NCBI GenBank assembly: GCA_041305025.1
Contig: JBFYMG010000025.1
Location: forward strand, 5,590 to 69,589
Source of the DNA: Thermoplasmatales archaeon
Lineage (GTDB): Archaea; Thermoplasmatota; E2; DHVEG-1
Direction of reading: 5' to 3'
DNA length: 64,000 bases
This document shows positions 30,082 through 40,432 of the stretch, one piece after another. Under the pieces are notes generated by a model. That model searched no databases and had not been told where the DNA came from. It was given only the letters and a program-made list of their open reading frames with translations. Position 1 is the stretch's first letter. Every line of letters begins with the position of its first letter. Made by a program: the position numbers and the translations under genes.

Positions 30082-30137
30082 CTAAATCTCAGTCCAACTC
30101 ATTTTTCGAGAATTAAGTTAATTCTTGGGTTAAAATA

Positions 30138-30461
30138 TTATTTTCTTTTTCTCTTAAAAAGTATTCTATCCACTGCTTGATCTAGCTCTTTTGCAGGTTT
30201 TTGTGTGTCTTCTTTATCTATATTGTCCACGTTTTTTTCTATTGATTTAACATCTCGCCAGATTCTTTGGTCATTCATTTCAATACTTTTTTTCTGAACT
30301 ACAGAATGTTTTTTAGGAGCGGTTCCTTCCGAATATAACTTTTCGTTGTATTCTGCCAATACTGGTTTCTTTGATTTTTGTTTAGATTCTACGATCATTG
30401 GTTCTTTGCATTCTGTTTCTTCTTTTGATTTAGACCTGCCAAACAATTTCCAATTAGCCAT
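30138..30461 (-). CDS. Lysine-rich hypothetical protein (107 aa)
   Basis: Intact ORF with basic low-complexity sequence. Confidence 0.3.
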   Translation of the reverse strand: MANWKLFGRSKSKEETECKEPMIVESKQKSKKPVLAEYNEKLYSEGTAPKKHSVVQKKSIEMNDQRIWRDVKSIEKNVDNIDKEDTQKPAKELDQAVDRILFKRKRK

Positions 30462-30623
30462 ATGTTACGTCCCCCAAGAGATATTTATATAGGTTAACGC
30501 TGTTTTTATTGATAAATCTTTTCTCTGTGAAATTAAAATAAAAATTCTTTATAAATTTGACCTTTCGAAAAGCATTTATTCACTACATCTTATTCGATTG
30601 TCTATAAGACTATTAACAAAATT

Positions 30624-30696
30624 GGGCTTATGGTCTAGCGGTTATGACGTCGCTCTCACACAGCGGAGGTCGCCGGTTCAAATCCGGCTAAGCCCA
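30624..30696 (+). tRNA. tRNA-Val (anticodon CAC)
   Basis: Acceptor GGGCTTA/TAAGCCC, anticodon stem TCGCT/AGCGG with loop CTCACAC, T-arm GCCGGTTCAAATCCGGC; 73 nt. Confidence 0.8.
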
Positions 30697-30829
30697 TATT
30701 TAAATCAAAAGAAGCGCAAGGTCTAAGTTTAGGCTGACAAAAGATTTTTGCGGATATTTTCTTTAAAAAAATAATCTTTAACAAAAAATAAAAAAAAGAT
30801 TTTGGGACTAATTAAGTCCCGTTATTCGA

Positions 30830-31309
30830 CTAGACGAAGCCAGACCATTGGTTGTTTAGTTCCCCAAGAATGCCTTCAAAGACATTATTGGTTTCATCTA
30901 ATGTAACAGTAGTATATCGCGGAATCGATCCAGCAAGGCAAATCGGTGAGGAGAATGTCTTTATTTGGCTAGGAAAAACTGGTCCGATAACCAATGGAGC
31001 CCAATCGCCATTAAAAATACCCGTAACATATACGTGTAACCTCCATGGCATCCAAGCACATCCAAGTCCCTGGTTAATTACGTCTACTAAGACTATCTGT
31101 GTGACGGGCCTTCTATAAATAGCGGTCATATATAGATCTGCAGGTATTATTCCCAAGGGTTCTGGGGATTGTGGTTCTGCGTCTGGTACTGCTGGCTGTG
31201 ATTTAACTTCCACTTGGTCCTGTGATGCAGCCAATACTGTCGACATCGAACCTATTAAAAATAGTCCAATGATCGCTACTGCTCCAAATAATTTATACAT
31301 TTTATTCAT
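30830..31309 (-). CDS. Secreted hypothetical protein (159 aa)
   Basis: Clear signal peptide (AIIGLFLIGSMSTVLAAS) followed by a Pro/Gln-rich linker and a compact domain. Confidence 0.35.
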   Translation of the reverse strand: MNKMYKLFGAVAIIGLFLIGSMSTVLAASQDQVEVKSQPAVPDAEPQSPEPLGIIPADLYMTAIYRRPVTQIVLVDVINQGLGCAWMPWRLHVYVTGIFNGDWAPLVIGPVFPSQIKTFSSPICLAGSIPRYTTVTLDETNNVFEGILGELNNQWSGFV

Positions 31310-31529
31310 TTTTTTGTCTCCTTTTTTTGGTTCTTGTATATTATATTTATATTTATCAGTATATAAATATTTCTATAACCTGTTATTTAAACAGGCATAT
31401 GGAGTAAAAACAATATTATATATTAACTTTTCTATTAATATTCTTATAATATTATTAATCTTTTCGAATTTTGATTAAAAATAAAGAAGATTTGTATTTG
31501 GATGCGAAAATAAAAAAATTAGGGGGCAA

Positions 31530-32099
31530 TTATTCTACGTTTACCTTGTAGCCTTCCCCAGGTTTTTTCTTTTCCTTTCGCTTTATTACAACATCGAGAA
31601 TGCCGTTTTTATATGTAGCTTTGGTCGTCTTAGGAATTACATCGCAGGGCAGATTCAGACGTTTATGATATTTTCTTTCAGGATGATTTTTAACTGTTAT
31701 CTCAAGTACATCATCTGTCGCATGCAAGTCAATGTCCTCTTTTTCAACACCAGGAATTTCTACAGTTACTGAAACGTCATTATCGCCTTCTATGATGTCG
31801 GTCAATGGTTCTATTTCATCAGAAATAGCAGGTTTCCCCTTAGGAGATTTTATTGATCGGTTACCGAAATCTTCAATGCGCGGTTTTCCATCAGGGCCGA
31901 CGTGGAGACTAAACCCTCTGACAAATCTCTTATTAGGATCAAAGCCACCACGAATCATGTTTTCAATAATATCTTTAAAATTGTCACCCTCAAACATCTT
32001 TTGCATCTCATCAAATATTTTCTCAAAATCATCGTCGTCTAAAGAATCGAACGGATTTTTTCTTCTTCGGTTTGGCTCTTCGTCATCAAACGGTTCCAT
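31530..32099 (-). CDS. Small heat-shock protein (Hsp20/alpha-crystallin family) with acidic N-terminal extension
   Basis: C-terminal alpha-crystallin-like block DVSVTVEIPGVEKEDIDLHATDDVLEITVK...ATYKNGILDVVI. Confidence 0.65.
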   Translation of the reverse strand: MEPFDDEEPNRRRKNPFDSLDDDDFEKIFDEMQKMFEGDNFKDIIENMIRGGFDPNKRFVRGFSLHVGPDGKPRIEDFGNRSIKSPKGKPAISDEIEPLTDIIEGDNDVSVTVEIPGVEKEDIDLHATDDVLEITVKNHPERKYHKRLNLPCDVIPKTTKATYKNGILDVVIKRKEKKKPGEGYKVNVE

Positions 32100-32152
32100 A
32101 ATTTTCTACCCCCAATAACTATTCTTGATATAATACGTACAATAATTAATAT

Positions 32153-33241
32153 TTAAAGCTTTCCCTTTTCGGCAGCCAATTCCTCCTGTAAATCCTCCAT
32201 CAACGCCCTTGCCTTTTTACTAAGGGACGTTGGTATTTTCACCTGGATTTGAACATATAGGTCTCCATAACCAGAGCCTCGTAGATGGGGCATTCCTTTA
32301 TTCCTTATCTTAAAGGCGTCACCATTTTGTGCTCCTTGGGGAATCTTTAGTTTTTCAACTCCACCACCAAGAATTTCAACATCTACCTTTGCACCTAGGG
32401 CAACCTCAGGAAAAGACAGTTCTTTCAGGCAGTAAAGATCCACCCCATTTCTATTGAATTTCGGGTGCTTCTTGATATGAACCACGATATAGAGAGCACC
32501 ACCTGCTTCGCCTTCCCCAGCCAATCTCAGCTGTGAGCCTTCATCTATTCCCCTTGGGATTTTAAGTTCGATACTTCTAGTCCTTTGTATTGTGCCTCGT
32601 CCATTACAATTGAAACAGTATTCTTCAATAATCTTTCCCTGGCCTCGACATTTGGAACATGTAGAAACCTGAGTAAAAATGCCAAATGGAGTCCTTTTAG
32701 AGATCTTCATCTGTCCGGTGCCATTGCAATGGGCGCATTTTATTGGATTTGTGCCTGGTTTTGCGCCGTTACCATTGCAAACGTCGCATGTCTCGGCCCT
32801 TGGAATGTGTATCTCTGTTTCCAGTCCATTGTAGGCATCTTCCAAACCTATTTCGATATCGTATCTTAGATCTGCACCCCTCCTGCGACCAGTGCTTCTA
32901 CCAAAGTCCGCTCTACGTCCGAAAAATCTCTCAAATATGTCTTCAAAATCAAATCCCGTGCCACCAAAGATGTCTCCGAAGTCAGCTCCCCTAAATATGT
33001 CTTCGTAGTTGTATTTCTGATCTATACCTGCATGTCCATAACGATTATACATCGCTCGCTTTTCATCGTCATAGAGAACTGCATACGCCTCGGAAATTTC
33101 TTTGAATTTTTCTTCAGCGTCTTTGCTTGGATTTTTATCGGGATGAAATTTTAATGCTAGTTTACGGTAAACTTTTTTAATCTCGTCCTTCGAAGCATTT
33201 CGGTCAATACCAAGAATTTCGTAATAGTCTCTTTTGGTCAT
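32153..33241 (-). CDS. dnaJ: Chaperone DnaJ
   Basis: J-domain with HPD (KFHPDKNP), G/F region and four CxxCxGxG zinc-finger repeats; 362 aa. Confidence 0.92.
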   Translation of the reverse strand: MTKRDYYEILGIDRNASKDEIKKVYRKLALKFHPDKNPSKDAEEKFKEISEAYAVLYDDEKRAMYNRYGHAGIDQKYNYEDIFRGADFGDIFGGTGFDFEDIFERFFGRRADFGRSTGRRRGADLRYDIEIGLEDAYNGLETEIHIPRAETCDVCNGNGAKPGTNPIKCAHCNGTGQMKISKRTPFGIFTQVSTCSKCRGQGKIIEEYCFNCNGRGTIQRTRSIELKIPRGIDEGSQLRLAGEGEAGGALYIVVHIKKHPKFNRNGVDLYCLKELSFPEVALGAKVDVEILGGGVEKLKIPQGAQNGDAFKIRNKGMPHLRGSGYGDLYVQIQVKIPTSLSKKARALMEDLQEELAAEKGKL

Positions 33242-33302
33242 AATGTAAGTCAGTGTAAATTAAAAGGGAGTATATTTCTTTTACCAAGCGGTTTTAAAGA
33301 CA

Positions 33303-34034
33303 CTATAACATGGATCGGATCGCATTTATCAGATAAAATAAAATATCTCCTAGGACAAAAGAAGCAACAAAGCCGGCCAACAGTGGAATCATAAACGGAA
33401 TCTTTGGTGTGACCCATATCTCTTTCATACCAAGCTTTTCAAATTCTTCTAACTCTTTTTGGGTATCAAAATCCTTGGGCATGTACATAAATTTTCTTTT
33501 TCCATCTTTTATTTTTTCTAAAGGCCAGACAAACTTTTCTTTTGCTTTTGCAATAGTCATCTTGTAACCTAACAGACAATATGGAAATTCTGGGTTTTTC
33601 TTAACGATATTGAAAACTAACAGGCTTAGGGGGATGAAAAGGAATAGTATGACTGAATTTGAAAATATTGTCCAAGGAGTAGGCATAATTGTATATTTCC
33701 ACAGAGGAATATTGTTTATTATGGGTGGCAATGGCACAAGTATTGCCAAGGCCATAAGCGCTTTTGCGTCAGCTCCACCAAAAATAAGCCTCATTTGAAA
33801 TAGGAGATATACAAGAACAATCATGATAGGTATGAAAACAAGGTACATTGTTTTGTCTCCAAAGCCCACAGTAAAATATTGTATAGCCAAAAGAATGCCG
33901 CCGGCAACTCCCATTATAACCCACAGCATGTTTGATGCTCGTCTGGTTTTGATATCTGTATAAGAAGCGTAGGATAGTATTGCTATTCCAACAATAAGTC
34001 GCGTTATGTCAAGTAATGTTCCAGTTTCTGACAT
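33303..34034 (-). CDS. Archaeal type IV prepilin/preflagellin peptidase (FlaK/PibD/EppA family, A24-like)
   Basis: Polytopic membrane protein with two catalytic Asp motifs: SYTDIKTRRASN and GGADAK (compare FlaK GGADVK). Confidence 0.65.
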   Translation of the reverse strand: MSETGTLLDITRLIVGIAILSYASYTDIKTRRASNMLWVIMGVAGGILLAIQYFTVGFGDKTMYLVFIPIMIVLVYLLFQMRLIFGGADAKALMALAILVPLPPIINNIPLWKYTIMPTPWTIFSNSVILFLFIPLSLLVFNIVKKNPEFPYCLLGYKMTIAKAKEKFVWPLEKIKDGKRKFMYMPKDFDTQKELEEFEKLGMKEIWVTPKIPFMIPLLAGFVASFVLGDILFYLINAIRSML

Positions 34035-34371
34035 AATTAGGTGATATTGAAATCGGTAATATTAAGATGATGATAAAGTTGGGATGACAGTAAATTGTTA
34101 ATCGTATTTAACGATTTGATAGTAAAACTGTTAAGTATAGTTAACAACATTGCAGGAAAATATCCAAGAAAATTTACAACCGAAAAACTTTCTAAAGTTA
34201 GTAGGGATAATACATTAAACTATCGTTTACTTAATTAAATGCATGATACGCATGTTGGTCCCTATTTTATTCGTATAACTCCATGGTTTGTTGCATTTAG
34301 TGGTTTGGTTTTTTTGATGTCTAAAAATATAAATAGTGTTTATGTCATAATAGAGCTAAAAATGGTCGATT

Positions 34372-35013
34372 GTGACATATATGAATCAATCAATGATCTG
34401 GAAAAAACTAGTTATCCAGGGAAAAAGGTTTGCTACTTCAGACGATATCAAAGCGCTGTCTAAAGATCTAAACAAAAACTACAATGACGTTATACATTAC
34501 CTACAAAAATACGGTTATATACATCGAATATTCAAAGGTATTTTTTATATAAAAACTCCTAATGAAATCAAATTAAACCGTCTTGATTTTTCACCTTATG
34601 AAATAGTATCGCAGGCATTAACCATAAAAAACGTAAAAAACTGGTATTTCGGTCTTGAGACGGCATTGAAATTTAATGGTATGACTCATGAATACTTTAC
34701 CATAGATTATGTTATCTCAGATCGCCATAGAATTACAAAAGTAATACGTATACTTGATAGAGACTTCAAATTCATAAAATGGTCAAATAAGATAACTAAT
34801 TTCGGAATAACCAAATCTCAAAAATTGTTAAGATATTCTGATAAAGAAAAAACCGTACTAGATATAGCATATAAGGAAAAACTTAAGGGATCAATACACG
34901 GAGCAATTTCAATAATCTCAGAATATTCAGAGGCGATTAACAAAACAAAGATGAAAGAATACCTTGAACATTACCCAAAATCCTTTAAGACATTATTGCA
35001 GGAATATATATGA
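34372..35013 (+). CDS. AbiEi-like antitoxin/transcriptional regulator (type IV TA / abortive infection)
   Basis: 213-aa protein immediately upstream of, and 4-nt overlapping, an AbiEii-family gene. Size and arrangement fit AbiEi; sequence assignment is weak. Confidence 0.5.
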   Translation: MTYMNQSMIWKKLVIQGKRFATSDDIKALSKDLNKNYNDVIHYLQKYGYIHRIFKGIFYIKTPNEIKLNRLDFSPYEIVSQALTIKNVKNWYFGLETALKFNGMTHEYFTIDYVISDRHRITKVIRILDRDFKFIKWSNKITNFGITKSQKLLRYSDKEKTVLDIAYKEKLKGSIHGAISIISEYSEAINKTKMKEYLEHYPKSFKTLLQEYI

Positions 35014-35930
35014 AAGAATTTTTTGAAAAATTGTGCGAACTAAATAATATTGCAAGGCGAGATGTAGTCGAAAAAGATTATTATCTCCATCTGCTGCTCA
35101 ACGAAATAGCGAAAAACAAATACCTGCGATCAAACTTAATATTTAAGGGAGGCACATGTCTCATAAAAGGATATGCAAGTTATTTTCGTTTTTCCGAAGA
35201 TTTAGATTTTTCCTGGAGAAATCAAGAAAACTGGAGAGGCATGAAAACATCTAAAATAAGAAATCAATGCTCCGTTTTTATCGATAGACTTCTACCCATA
35301 TTTTCAAAGATATCTAATAACTTAGATCTAAATTTTGAAGGTGACAAAGAAAATCTTAAGGAGGTTCATATCAGCAGTGGTGGGAGAATGGTAGATTTCT
35401 ATATTCACTATAATTCAGAAATCCTTGGGGTGGTAAGCTCAATTAAAATTCAATTAAACTTTTTAGAAAAATATTTCTATGATTTCAAAACCGTGACATT
35501 GAAACCGTATGCGCCTTATAATGACGAAGAACTGCAATTTATTTTTAAAGATCAGATTGAGAGATACTCGATTCCAATAACTTTGGCTGCCTACGACCCA
35601 AAAGAGATATATATTGAAAAATACAGGGCACTGCTAACAAGAAAAACCTTCAAATTAAGAGATCTTATTGATTTATATTTTTTAGAAAAACAATTTCGAT
35701 ATACTGTAGATAGATTTGAAGATAAAATAATCCAAAAAACACGATTTGCTCTAGAAAACTATGATAGATATCGTAAAAATCTAGAAAAAACTCCGAAACC
35801 AGATTTTTCAAGTGAAGATGAATTAAAACTACTTTTGATTCAACCACCTAACAACTTCAAAGAAAATCTTAAGAGGATATATTTCAATGTAAATGAACTA
35901 AAAATGAAGATATTAGATGATCTTGGGTGA
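35010..35930 (+). CDS. AbiEii/AbiGii-family nucleotidyltransferase toxin (DUF1814)
   Basis: LIFKGGTCLIKGY...RFSEDLDFSW matches the AbiEii nucleotidyltransferase motif; 306 aa. Confidence 0.7.
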   Translation: MKEFFEKLCELNNIARRDVVEKDYYLHLLLNEIAKNKYLRSNLIFKGGTCLIKGYASYFRFSEDLDFSWRNQENWRGMKTSKIRNQCSVFIDRLLPIFSKISNNLDLNFEGDKENLKEVHISSGGRMVDFYIHYNSEILGVVSSIKIQLNFLEKYFYDFKTVTLKPYAPYNDEELQFIFKDQIERYSIPITLAAYDPKEIYIEKYRALLTRKTFKLRDLIDLYFLEKQFRYTVDRFEDKIIQKTRFALENYDRYRKNLEKTPKPDFSSEDELKLLLIQPPNNFKENLKRIYFNVNELKMKILDDLG

Positions 35931-35951
35931 GTTGTTGCTTAACAAGTTAAA

Positions 35952-37046
35952 ATGTTTGCGGAGGAGAAGATGAAATCAAAAATAATATTAGTAAGTTTGA
36001 TTGGCGTTCTTTTGTTAGGTATTTTGATAAGTTTTTCATCAATTGGAAGTTGTGAAGATGAAATTATTCTTTTTGTTGGCGGTACGGGTCCTGGGAACTA
36101 TAGCAGTATTCAAGATGCTGTGGATGCAGCTGGTGTCGGAGATACAATTATTGTGCATAATGGAATTTATTACGAGAATTTAGTTTTGAATAAATCAATT
36201 ACTATTGTTGGTGAAGATAGATTTAATACTATTATTGATGGCAATGGGGTTGGTGATGCCGTTTTTATATTGGCTGATAATGTTTGCATACGTAATTTTA
36301 CAATAAAAAACAAAGGAGCCAGTGGCACTGGTATAAACATTAGAGCTAATCAAAGTACCATAAGTGAGAATCTAATAATTGATAATAACTGGAGTGGTAT
36401 TGAGGCGGGATCGGCTTTTAGAAATTGTACCGTTAGTGAAAATACTATCATGAATAATGGATATGGAATATTTTTTGGTAAAAAAACGACGGGCATTAAT
36501 TTTAGCGTAAATACTATTAGTAACAACAGCTTGGATGGAATATATCTGGATCAGTCTAGCACTGGTATTGTTACTGATAACATTATTGACAAAAGTGGTG
36601 ATGACGGATTAAGTCTTACTTTTAGTAACGGAATTGTCGTTTATAAAAATTTTATTATCAACAGCGTAGACAATGGCATCTATTTGTATTCATCTACGGC
36701 AGTGATAAATGAAAACATAATTGCGGGAAGTAGTGAAGGAGGTATCTTTTTACGAAATTCAAATGAGAGCTGGATAGTTTGGAATAATATACTTGAGAAT
36801 GGGAAAGGAATAGAGGCGACATTTCTAAGTTGTAATAATGTGATAAGTAATAATAATATTACAAGCAACGGTATTGGAATATATTCGTCAGCCGATGCAG
36901 GTAGTAATGATTTTTTAGACAACAGTTTTTCAGATAACAAAGCCGATATTCAAAAGGATTCGTCTAAAACACCGGGTTTTGAAATATTACTTGTATTTAT
37001 TTCAATAGTTTTTGTTATGTTTTTAAAGATTTTTAAAAAGCAATGA
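35952..37046 (+). CDS. Right-handed parallel beta-helix (NosD/PbH1-repeat) cell-surface protein with PGF-CTERM anchor
   Basis: Signal peptide; repeated N/G-rich approximately 22-aa beta-helix turns (NGIYLxxS..., ITSNGIGIYSS). C-terminal SKTPGFEILLVFISIVFVMFLKIFKKQ is PGF motif + TM + basic tail. Confidence 0.65.
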   Translation: MFAEEKMKSKIILVSLIGVLLLGILISFSSIGSCEDEIILFVGGTGPGNYSSIQDAVDAAGVGDTIIVHNGIYYENLVLNKSITIVGEDRFNTIIDGNGVGDAVFILADNVCIRNFTIKNKGASGTGINIRANQSTISENLIIDNNWSGIEAGSAFRNCTVSENTIMNNGYGIFFGKKTTGINFSVNTISNNSLDGIYLDQSSTGIVTDNIIDKSGDDGLSLTFSNGIVVYKNFIINSVDNGIYLYSSTAVINENIIAGSSEGGIFLRNSNESWIVWNNILENGKGIEATFLSCNNVISNNNITSNGIGIYSSADAGSNDFLDNSFSDNKADIQKDSSKTPGFEILLVFISIVFVMFLKIFKKQ

Positions 37047-37171
37047 TAGTTTTTTACTTAGTTAAATCCAATTAGATACTTATTATTTGTTATGATGAAA
37101 AATTGAAAAGGACATCGTTATAAAAGGAATTATAAAAATGTTTATAAATTAAGAATAGTTGAATAGGAAAT

Positions 37172-38299
37172 ATGAGAAAATATGAAAGATGTGATAGATG
37201 TATTATGGATACTTCAGATCCAGATATAACTTTTAATGAAAATGGTTTTTGTAATCATTGCGAAGAATATTTTACAAAAGAAAAAAGATTTGTTTTGAAA
37301 GGCGAAGAAGGAAGAAAGAAATTAGAAAAGATTGTTGAGATGATTAAAGAAGAGGAGAAGGAAAAAAAATATGATTGTGTGCTTGGAGTAAGTGGAGGAA
37401 CAGATAGTAGCTATGTAGCGTACTTGGCAAAAAAATTTGGCTTAAGAGTTCTTTTATTAAATCTTAATAATGGCTATGATACTGAAATAGCTCAGAAAAA
37501 TATTAAAAATATAGTAAATAAAACAGGATTTGATATTTACAACTATAAAGTAGACTGGCAAGAATTTAGAGATCTTCAACTTTCATATTTGAATGCCTCA
37601 GTTGTGGATGTCGAGGTAGCTTCCGATCATGCCATTATGGCAGCAACATATAATATTGCAAGTGAATATAAACTAAGATATATCTTAAGTGGAACAAATA
37701 TCGTTACTGAAGGAATAATGCCAAAATCTTGGAATTACCAAAAAAATGATTTAAGAAATTTAAAAGATATACATAAAAAGTTCGGTAAATTTAAATTAAA
37801 AACTTATCCAACAATGGGTCTGCTCAAATGGTTGTATTACAGAGTCATTAAAAGAATACGATTAATAGAATTTTTAAATTATCTAGATTATAATAAAGAT
37901 GAAGTTAAAAAATTACTCAAGGATGAATTTGATTGGAAAGATTATACAGGAAAACATTATGAATCCAGATTTACTAAATTCTACCAAACTTATATTCTAC
38001 CAAAAAAATTTAACATAGATAAAAGAAAAGCCCATTTTTCTACTTTGATATGTTCTGGTCAGATGACAAAAGACGAAGCGCTCAAAGAGCTACTAAAGCC
38101 ATTGTATAATGAATTAGAACTTAAAAAAGAGAAAAAATTTATCCTAGATAGATTACAAATTTCGGATGAAGAATTTGAAGATTTGATGAAAAAACCTGTT
38201 AAAAAGCATGAAGAATATGCTACTGATAGATTGTTTCGTTCATTTTTATTAAATTTAAGCAACATCCAAAAAAAGTTATTGAAGCAGAAAGAGAATTAG
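37172..38299 (+). CDS. N-acetyl sugar amidotransferase (WbuX/PseA-like, PP-loop ATPase)
   Basis: N-terminal Cys cluster CDRCIMDTSDPDITFNENGFCNHC and PP-loop LGVSGGTDSSY; 375 aa. Confidence 0.75.
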   Translation: MRKYERCDRCIMDTSDPDITFNENGFCNHCEEYFTKEKRFVLKGEEGRKKLEKIVEMIKEEEKEKKYDCVLGVSGGTDSSYVAYLAKKFGLRVLLLNLNNGYDTEIAQKNIKNIVNKTGFDIYNYKVDWQEFRDLQLSYLNASVVDVEVASDHAIMAATYNIASEYKLRYILSGTNIVTEGIMPKSWNYQKNDLRNLKDIHKKFGKFKLKTYPTMGLLKWLYYRVIKRIRLIEFLNYLDYNKDEVKKLLKDEFDWKDYTGKHYESRFTKFYQTYILPKKFNIDKRKAHFSTLICSGQMTKDEALKELLKPLYNELELKKEKKFILDRLQISDEEFEDLMKKPVKKHEEYATDRLFRSFLLNLSNIQKKLLKQKEN

Positions 38300-38317
38300 G
38301 CAAAATATTGTAAAGCG

Positions 38318-39430
38318 GTGAGTGAGAAATATTTGATACGAAAAAAATCTATAAAAATTTGTTTTTTGGCAAATGGGGACGCTAGCGATGTTTTTACACA
38401 GATGTGGATTGATTATTTCGCAAAAAAATATAGTGTTATTTTAATAACGGACAATAAGCCCCACGGAATAGCTTGCAATGTAGAGGTATATTATATCAAA
38501 TGGGTTGGTAAAAATCAGTTTATTGGATTTGTTTTAAAAGTTAGAAAATTAATTAAAAAAATCAATCCTGATGTTATTTATGCTTTATCTCTTAATAAAT
38601 ATGGATTAATAGGTGCTTTATCTGGATTCCATCCATTTTTTGCAAGTCCATATGGAAGCGATATTGCTACATATCCGGACAGATCTGTAATTTCAAAATA
38701 TATAATTAAATACGTTTTAAAGAAAGCAGATATTATACAAGTTCAAGATCCGCTAAGTGCAGATAGAATAATAAGCTTAGGCACTTCTTCTAAAAAAATT
38801 CATACAATCCCGTGGGGTGCAAATATTAATTTGTTTAGACCAACAGATATGGAGAAAGAATATGACGTGATAAATATTCACGGAAATTCTTTCACTCAAC
38901 ATGATGTAGCGACTTTTATAAAATCATTACCAACAGTGATTAATAGATATCCTAATGTAAGATATATTCTACTTGGAAATAAGCAACCTGCATATAAATT
39001 GGCTAAAAAAATTGGAGTTTTAGATAATATAATATTTGGTGGTTTTATAAATCATAAAGATATTCCGTTTTATATTTGCCAATCAAAAATTTTTGTTGAC
39101 TGTTTTTATCCATCTCACAATCATGGAGGTCATACATATGGTGTTGCAGTGCATGAAGCCATGGCCTGTGGTATTCCCACAATCTTAGCAAACAGACCAA
39201 CAGTTAATCAACTCATTGGAAAAGACAAGTGGCACCATGGTAAAACATTTGTTGGTGGTAATTATTTAGATTTGGCTGAAAAAATTATTGAATTATTAGA
39301 TTCTAAAGAGGAACGTAATAGAATTTCGGTTCTTAATAGAAAAATTATTGAAAAAAAATTTGATTGGAATAAAAATATTATTAGTATTGAAAAGATGATA
39401 ATTAAAAATTATAGAGGAAAAAATCAATGA
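38318..39430 (+). CDS. Glycosyltransferase family 4 (GT-B)
   Basis: GT4 architecture with C-terminal EAMACGIPTI-type motif. Confidence 0.7.
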   Translation: MSEKYLIRKKSIKICFLANGDASDVFTQMWIDYFAKKYSVILITDNKPHGIACNVEVYYIKWVGKNQFIGFVLKVRKLIKKINPDVIYALSLNKYGLIGALSGFHPFFASPYGSDIATYPDRSVISKYIIKYVLKKADIIQVQDPLSADRIISLGTSSKKIHTIPWGANINLFRPTDMEKEYDVINIHGNSFTQHDVATFIKSLPTVINRYPNVRYILLGNKQPAYKLAKKIGVLDNIIFGGFINHKDIPFYICQSKIFVDCFYPSHNHGGHTYGVAVHEAMACGIPTILANRPTVNQLIGKDKWHHGKTFVGGNYLDLAEKIIELLDSKEERNRISVLNRKIIEKKFDWNKNIISIEKMIIKNYRGKNQ

Positions 39431-40377
39431 AAAATAAAAGGGAGATATCTAGAGAAATCCATATACAGTACGGAAGATTAAAAATTTTAAGAAATATTTT
39501 TTCCTTAAATTTTCCCATTTCAAATAAAAATAATAGCATTAGTTGCAAACCATTTTTTATTATTGGATCGGGAAGATCGGGAAGTACTCTATTAAGAGCC
39601 ATTTTAGTTAATAATTCTAAGATAGCAATACCACCAGAATCCTATGTATTACCAAATACTGTTCGAATTTTTTGGACGTATAATTTTTTGCCTTGGAAAG
39701 AACTAGTCAAACTAATAATTGGTGAATTTGAATCACATAATGATTTTTGTAGCTGGGATATCAATATGCAAGATGCATATAGCAGAATATTGAATCTCAA
39801 TAAAAAGAACCAAACTTTAGCAAATATTATCGATGAAATTTATTGTTATTATGCAGAATTAAAATTTCCAGATTTTGAGATTTGGGGAGACAAGACCCCA
39901 TACAATACTCTAAAATTAGATTGGATTGATCTCATATTCAGTAATGCAAAATATATTCACATCATAAGAGATGGGAGGGATGTAGTAAGTTCTTATCTAA
40001 AAATGGGTCGTTATAAAACAGTTGAAGAAGCGGCGCATCGTTGGAAAAAAAGTATAGAATTATGTGAAGAATTTAAAAAAAATAAATCAGAAAATGAATA
40101 TATTGAAATTAGATATGAAAAATTAGTTACTGAGCCTGATCACGAGATAAAATGTATTTGTAATTTTTTAAACATAGATTTTGACATATCAATGTTAGAT
40201 ATTAAAAAAATTGTATGTAAATTAGGAGATGTAGATGTTAAGCAACATGAAAACATTAAAAATCCAATAAATGCTAATTCTATAGGAAAATGGGAAAAAA
40301 ACTTGACGGATAAAGAAAAAATTAAAGTAAAAGAATTATTAAACGATACCTTGAGTGAATTAAATTATAGAATATAA
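39427..40377 (+). CDS. Sulfotransferase-family protein
   Basis: PAPS 5'-PSB-like FIIGSGRSGSTLL and 3'-PB-like RDGRDVVSS; 316 aa; 4-nt overlap with upstream GT4. Confidence 0.65.
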   Translation: MKNKREISREIHIQYGRLKILRNIFSLNFPISNKNNSISCKPFFIIGSGRSGSTLLRAILVNNSKIAIPPESYVLPNTVRIFWTYNFLPWKELVKLIIGEFESHNDFCSWDINMQDAYSRILNLNKKNQTLANIIDEIYCYYAELKFPDFEIWGDKTPYNTLKLDWIDLIFSNAKYIHIIRDGRDVVSSYLKMGRYKTVEEAAHRWKKSIELCEEFKKNKSENEYIEIRYEKLVTEPDHEIKCICNFLNIDFDISMLDIKKIVCKLGDVDVKQHENIKNPINANSIGKWEKNLTDKEKIKVKELLNDTLSELNYRI

Positions 40378-40432
40378 TTAAAATTGGAATAAGCTAAACA
40401 ATTATCCTTATGATAACGAATATGGTAATTAA

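Noticed and set aside
34239-34463. 74-aa ORF upstream of the AbiEi gene
   Set aside because: Lies in an AT-rich spacer, overlaps the AbiEi start region and has no coding-like composition; probably promoter DNA.
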